Source: Guillardia theta CCMP2712
Taxonomy: Eukaryota; Protista; Cryptophyta
Reading direction: 5' to 3'
NCBI RefSeq assembly: GCF_000315625.1
Contig: NW_005434542.1
Coordinates: 1 to 64,000, forward strand
DNA length: 64,000 bases
Of the stretch, positions 62,520 through 64,000 are shown piece by piece. The position numbers and the translations under genes are program-made. The notes beneath the pieces were generated by a model. It saw only the letters and a program-made list of their open reading frames with translations. It made no database searches and was not told the DNA's origin. The stretch's first letter is position 1. Each line of letters starts with the position of its first letter.

Positions 62520-62950
62520 AAACTTCAAACTTCCTTGAAACTTCGGAAGTTCCGGGGCCGGGCCCGGGTCCCGGAGACGGTCGGATCCGCCGGGGCTCCA
62601 CCCGGTGACAACCCGGCCCGGCACTGATACCATGGAAACTGGCGGTTCCGAGTTCCGAACTTCGGAACATGAAACGTGAACACGGTGGCCCGGCCACCCG
62701 GTGACCGGGGGGCCCGGACTCCCGGCCGGAACCCTGACCGGGACCGGACCGTACTCCCGCGGTCCGGCACGGCCCCGGCGGACCCGGTCCAGCGGGGCCG
62801 CCGCGGCGCGAGGGGGCCGCCGCCCCGGGACGCCCGGGGGCCTGTTAACTCAGTGACTTGACTTTGGAACTTACGGTCCGATTTTTTCAGTCACTGAGTC
62901 GTCGGAACAGTGGGTCCTGAGTGACTCCGATCATCGAGTCCGCCTCAGGC
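62520..62950. repeat. GC-rich palindrome-dense intergenic island, family member 3
   Basis: GGAACTTACGGT..AGTCACTGAGTCGTC (62866-62903) matches 13351-13385. Confidence 0.55.
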
Positions 62951-63074
62951 GGTAGCGGAGGACAGCGTCTGGAGGCGGTGATTGGATAGGAAATGAGGTC
63001 GACGCAAGTTGAGAAGGCGTGATGGCGTGACGAGGTCATAGAAAGAGGATCAGCGAGCCTTGCAAGATGACGCG

Positions 63075-63345
63075 AGGAGGAGTGAGAGGAAGAGGAGAGA
63101 AGAAGAGAGGAGAGAAGAGGAGAGAAGAAGAGAGGAGAGAAGAGGAGATATGCGAAGAAGAGAGGAGAGGAGAGAAGAGGAGAGAAGAGGAGAGGAGAGA
63201 AGAGGAGAGAAGAGGAGAGAAGAGAAGAGAAGAAGAGAGAAGAGGAGAGGAGAGGAGAGAAGAGGAGAGGAGAGGAGATGCGAAGAGAGAACACAAAAGC
63301 GGAGAGGAGGGGAGAGGAGAGGAGAGGAGAAAGAGGAGGGGATGA
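63075..63345. repeat. GA-rich low-complexity tract
   Basis: GAGAA/GAGGA mixed microsatellite. Confidence 0.9.
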
Positions 63346-64000
63346 AAGCAGACGAGTCGAGACGACGGGACGGGACGAGGCGAGGGGATGGGAAGTTGCT
63401 GACTGTTGTTTGAAGGACACGCATGCCGCCTCTGTCAGGAGTTGGGCTGACGAGGCTAAGGAAGAAGAAAGGACCAGGGCTGCGCTGCAAGCTCTTCATA
63501 GCAGCAGTGATAGGCCTTCAGGTGACATGCTCATATGCCCAGTAGCAGGGTCAGGAGGGGGTTGGTTGTTACCCTGGCCCGGCTCCCGCGACGGCTCTTG
63601 GGCTTACATTTTGTCCATCAGATCTTTGTTTTCGTCTACGTTCGACATCTATCTACACGTCGTCAGCAGTCTGTCCAGTAAGAATCCCTCTCGAAGCTCT
63701 GCTGGGATGCGTGTCGTGACACCCTTGCAGCCAGCAGAGCTCGGATGAAGCCCCGCGAGGAGAACGACAGGAAGCTGAGTTCGATGAGAGGCGCTATGCT
63801 GGTTTGCAAGGAGATGAAATGAAGATTTTTGATCTGCACAGGTTGACTGATGCGATGCAGATGTTGAGAGGGAGGGAGAAGATGAGGAGGGGTGGAGGGG
63901 AAGAAGGCGCAGTCGCAAGAGAGGAGGGTGGAGAGAGAAGAGAGAAGACAGGAGGGAACGATCATTTGTGCTTGTTGTTGCATCCCGCTGTCTTTTCTCA

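Noticed and set aside
63350-64000. Possible exon fragments at the window end
   Set aside because: Strand and frame ambiguous, no recognisable motif
1-64000. Prokaryotic operons, rRNA/tRNA genes, endogenous virophage or Polinton
   Set aside because: Spliceosomal introns throughout; no rRNA/tRNA-like structure and no capsid, integrase, packaging ATPase or polB motifs recognised by eye

Overview
Gene-dense eukaryotic nuclear DNA. It has many ~45-60 nt GT-AG introns, CT/GA microsatellite-filled introns, a TTTAGGG-type interstitial telomeric repeat and signal-peptide+AF+transit-peptide leaders. This fits an alga with a red secondary plastid, most likely a cryptophyte such as Guillardia (inference). 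There is one 100-N scaffold gap at 30151-30250. Recognisable genes: an alpha-kinase, an M16 stromal-processing-peptidase-like protease, an ARM-repeat protein, a WD40 protein with near-identical repeats, a plastid-targeted membrane protein with a STI1-like tail, a collagen-like protein, GT47-like and GT25 glycosyltransferases, five intronless SHAQKYF MYB genes, an ankyrin protein, and a ~2,800-aa secreted protein with three glycosidase-like barrels plus EGF/TSP1 repeats. Most striking: (i) the MYB cluster carries an atypical MYB domain, and two copies form a 99%-identical CDS-only inverted repeat; (ii) the giant glycosidase/EGF/TSP1 protein has an apparently inactive first barrel; (iii) a collectin-like collagen protein; (iv) a Tic40-like architecture; (v) recurring non-coding motifs, namely a 21-bp element between divergent genes and a family of GC-rich palindromic islands. 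Gene models were spliced by eye, so exon boundaries and termini are approximate. No rRNA, tRNA, CRISPR or intact transposase was recognised.
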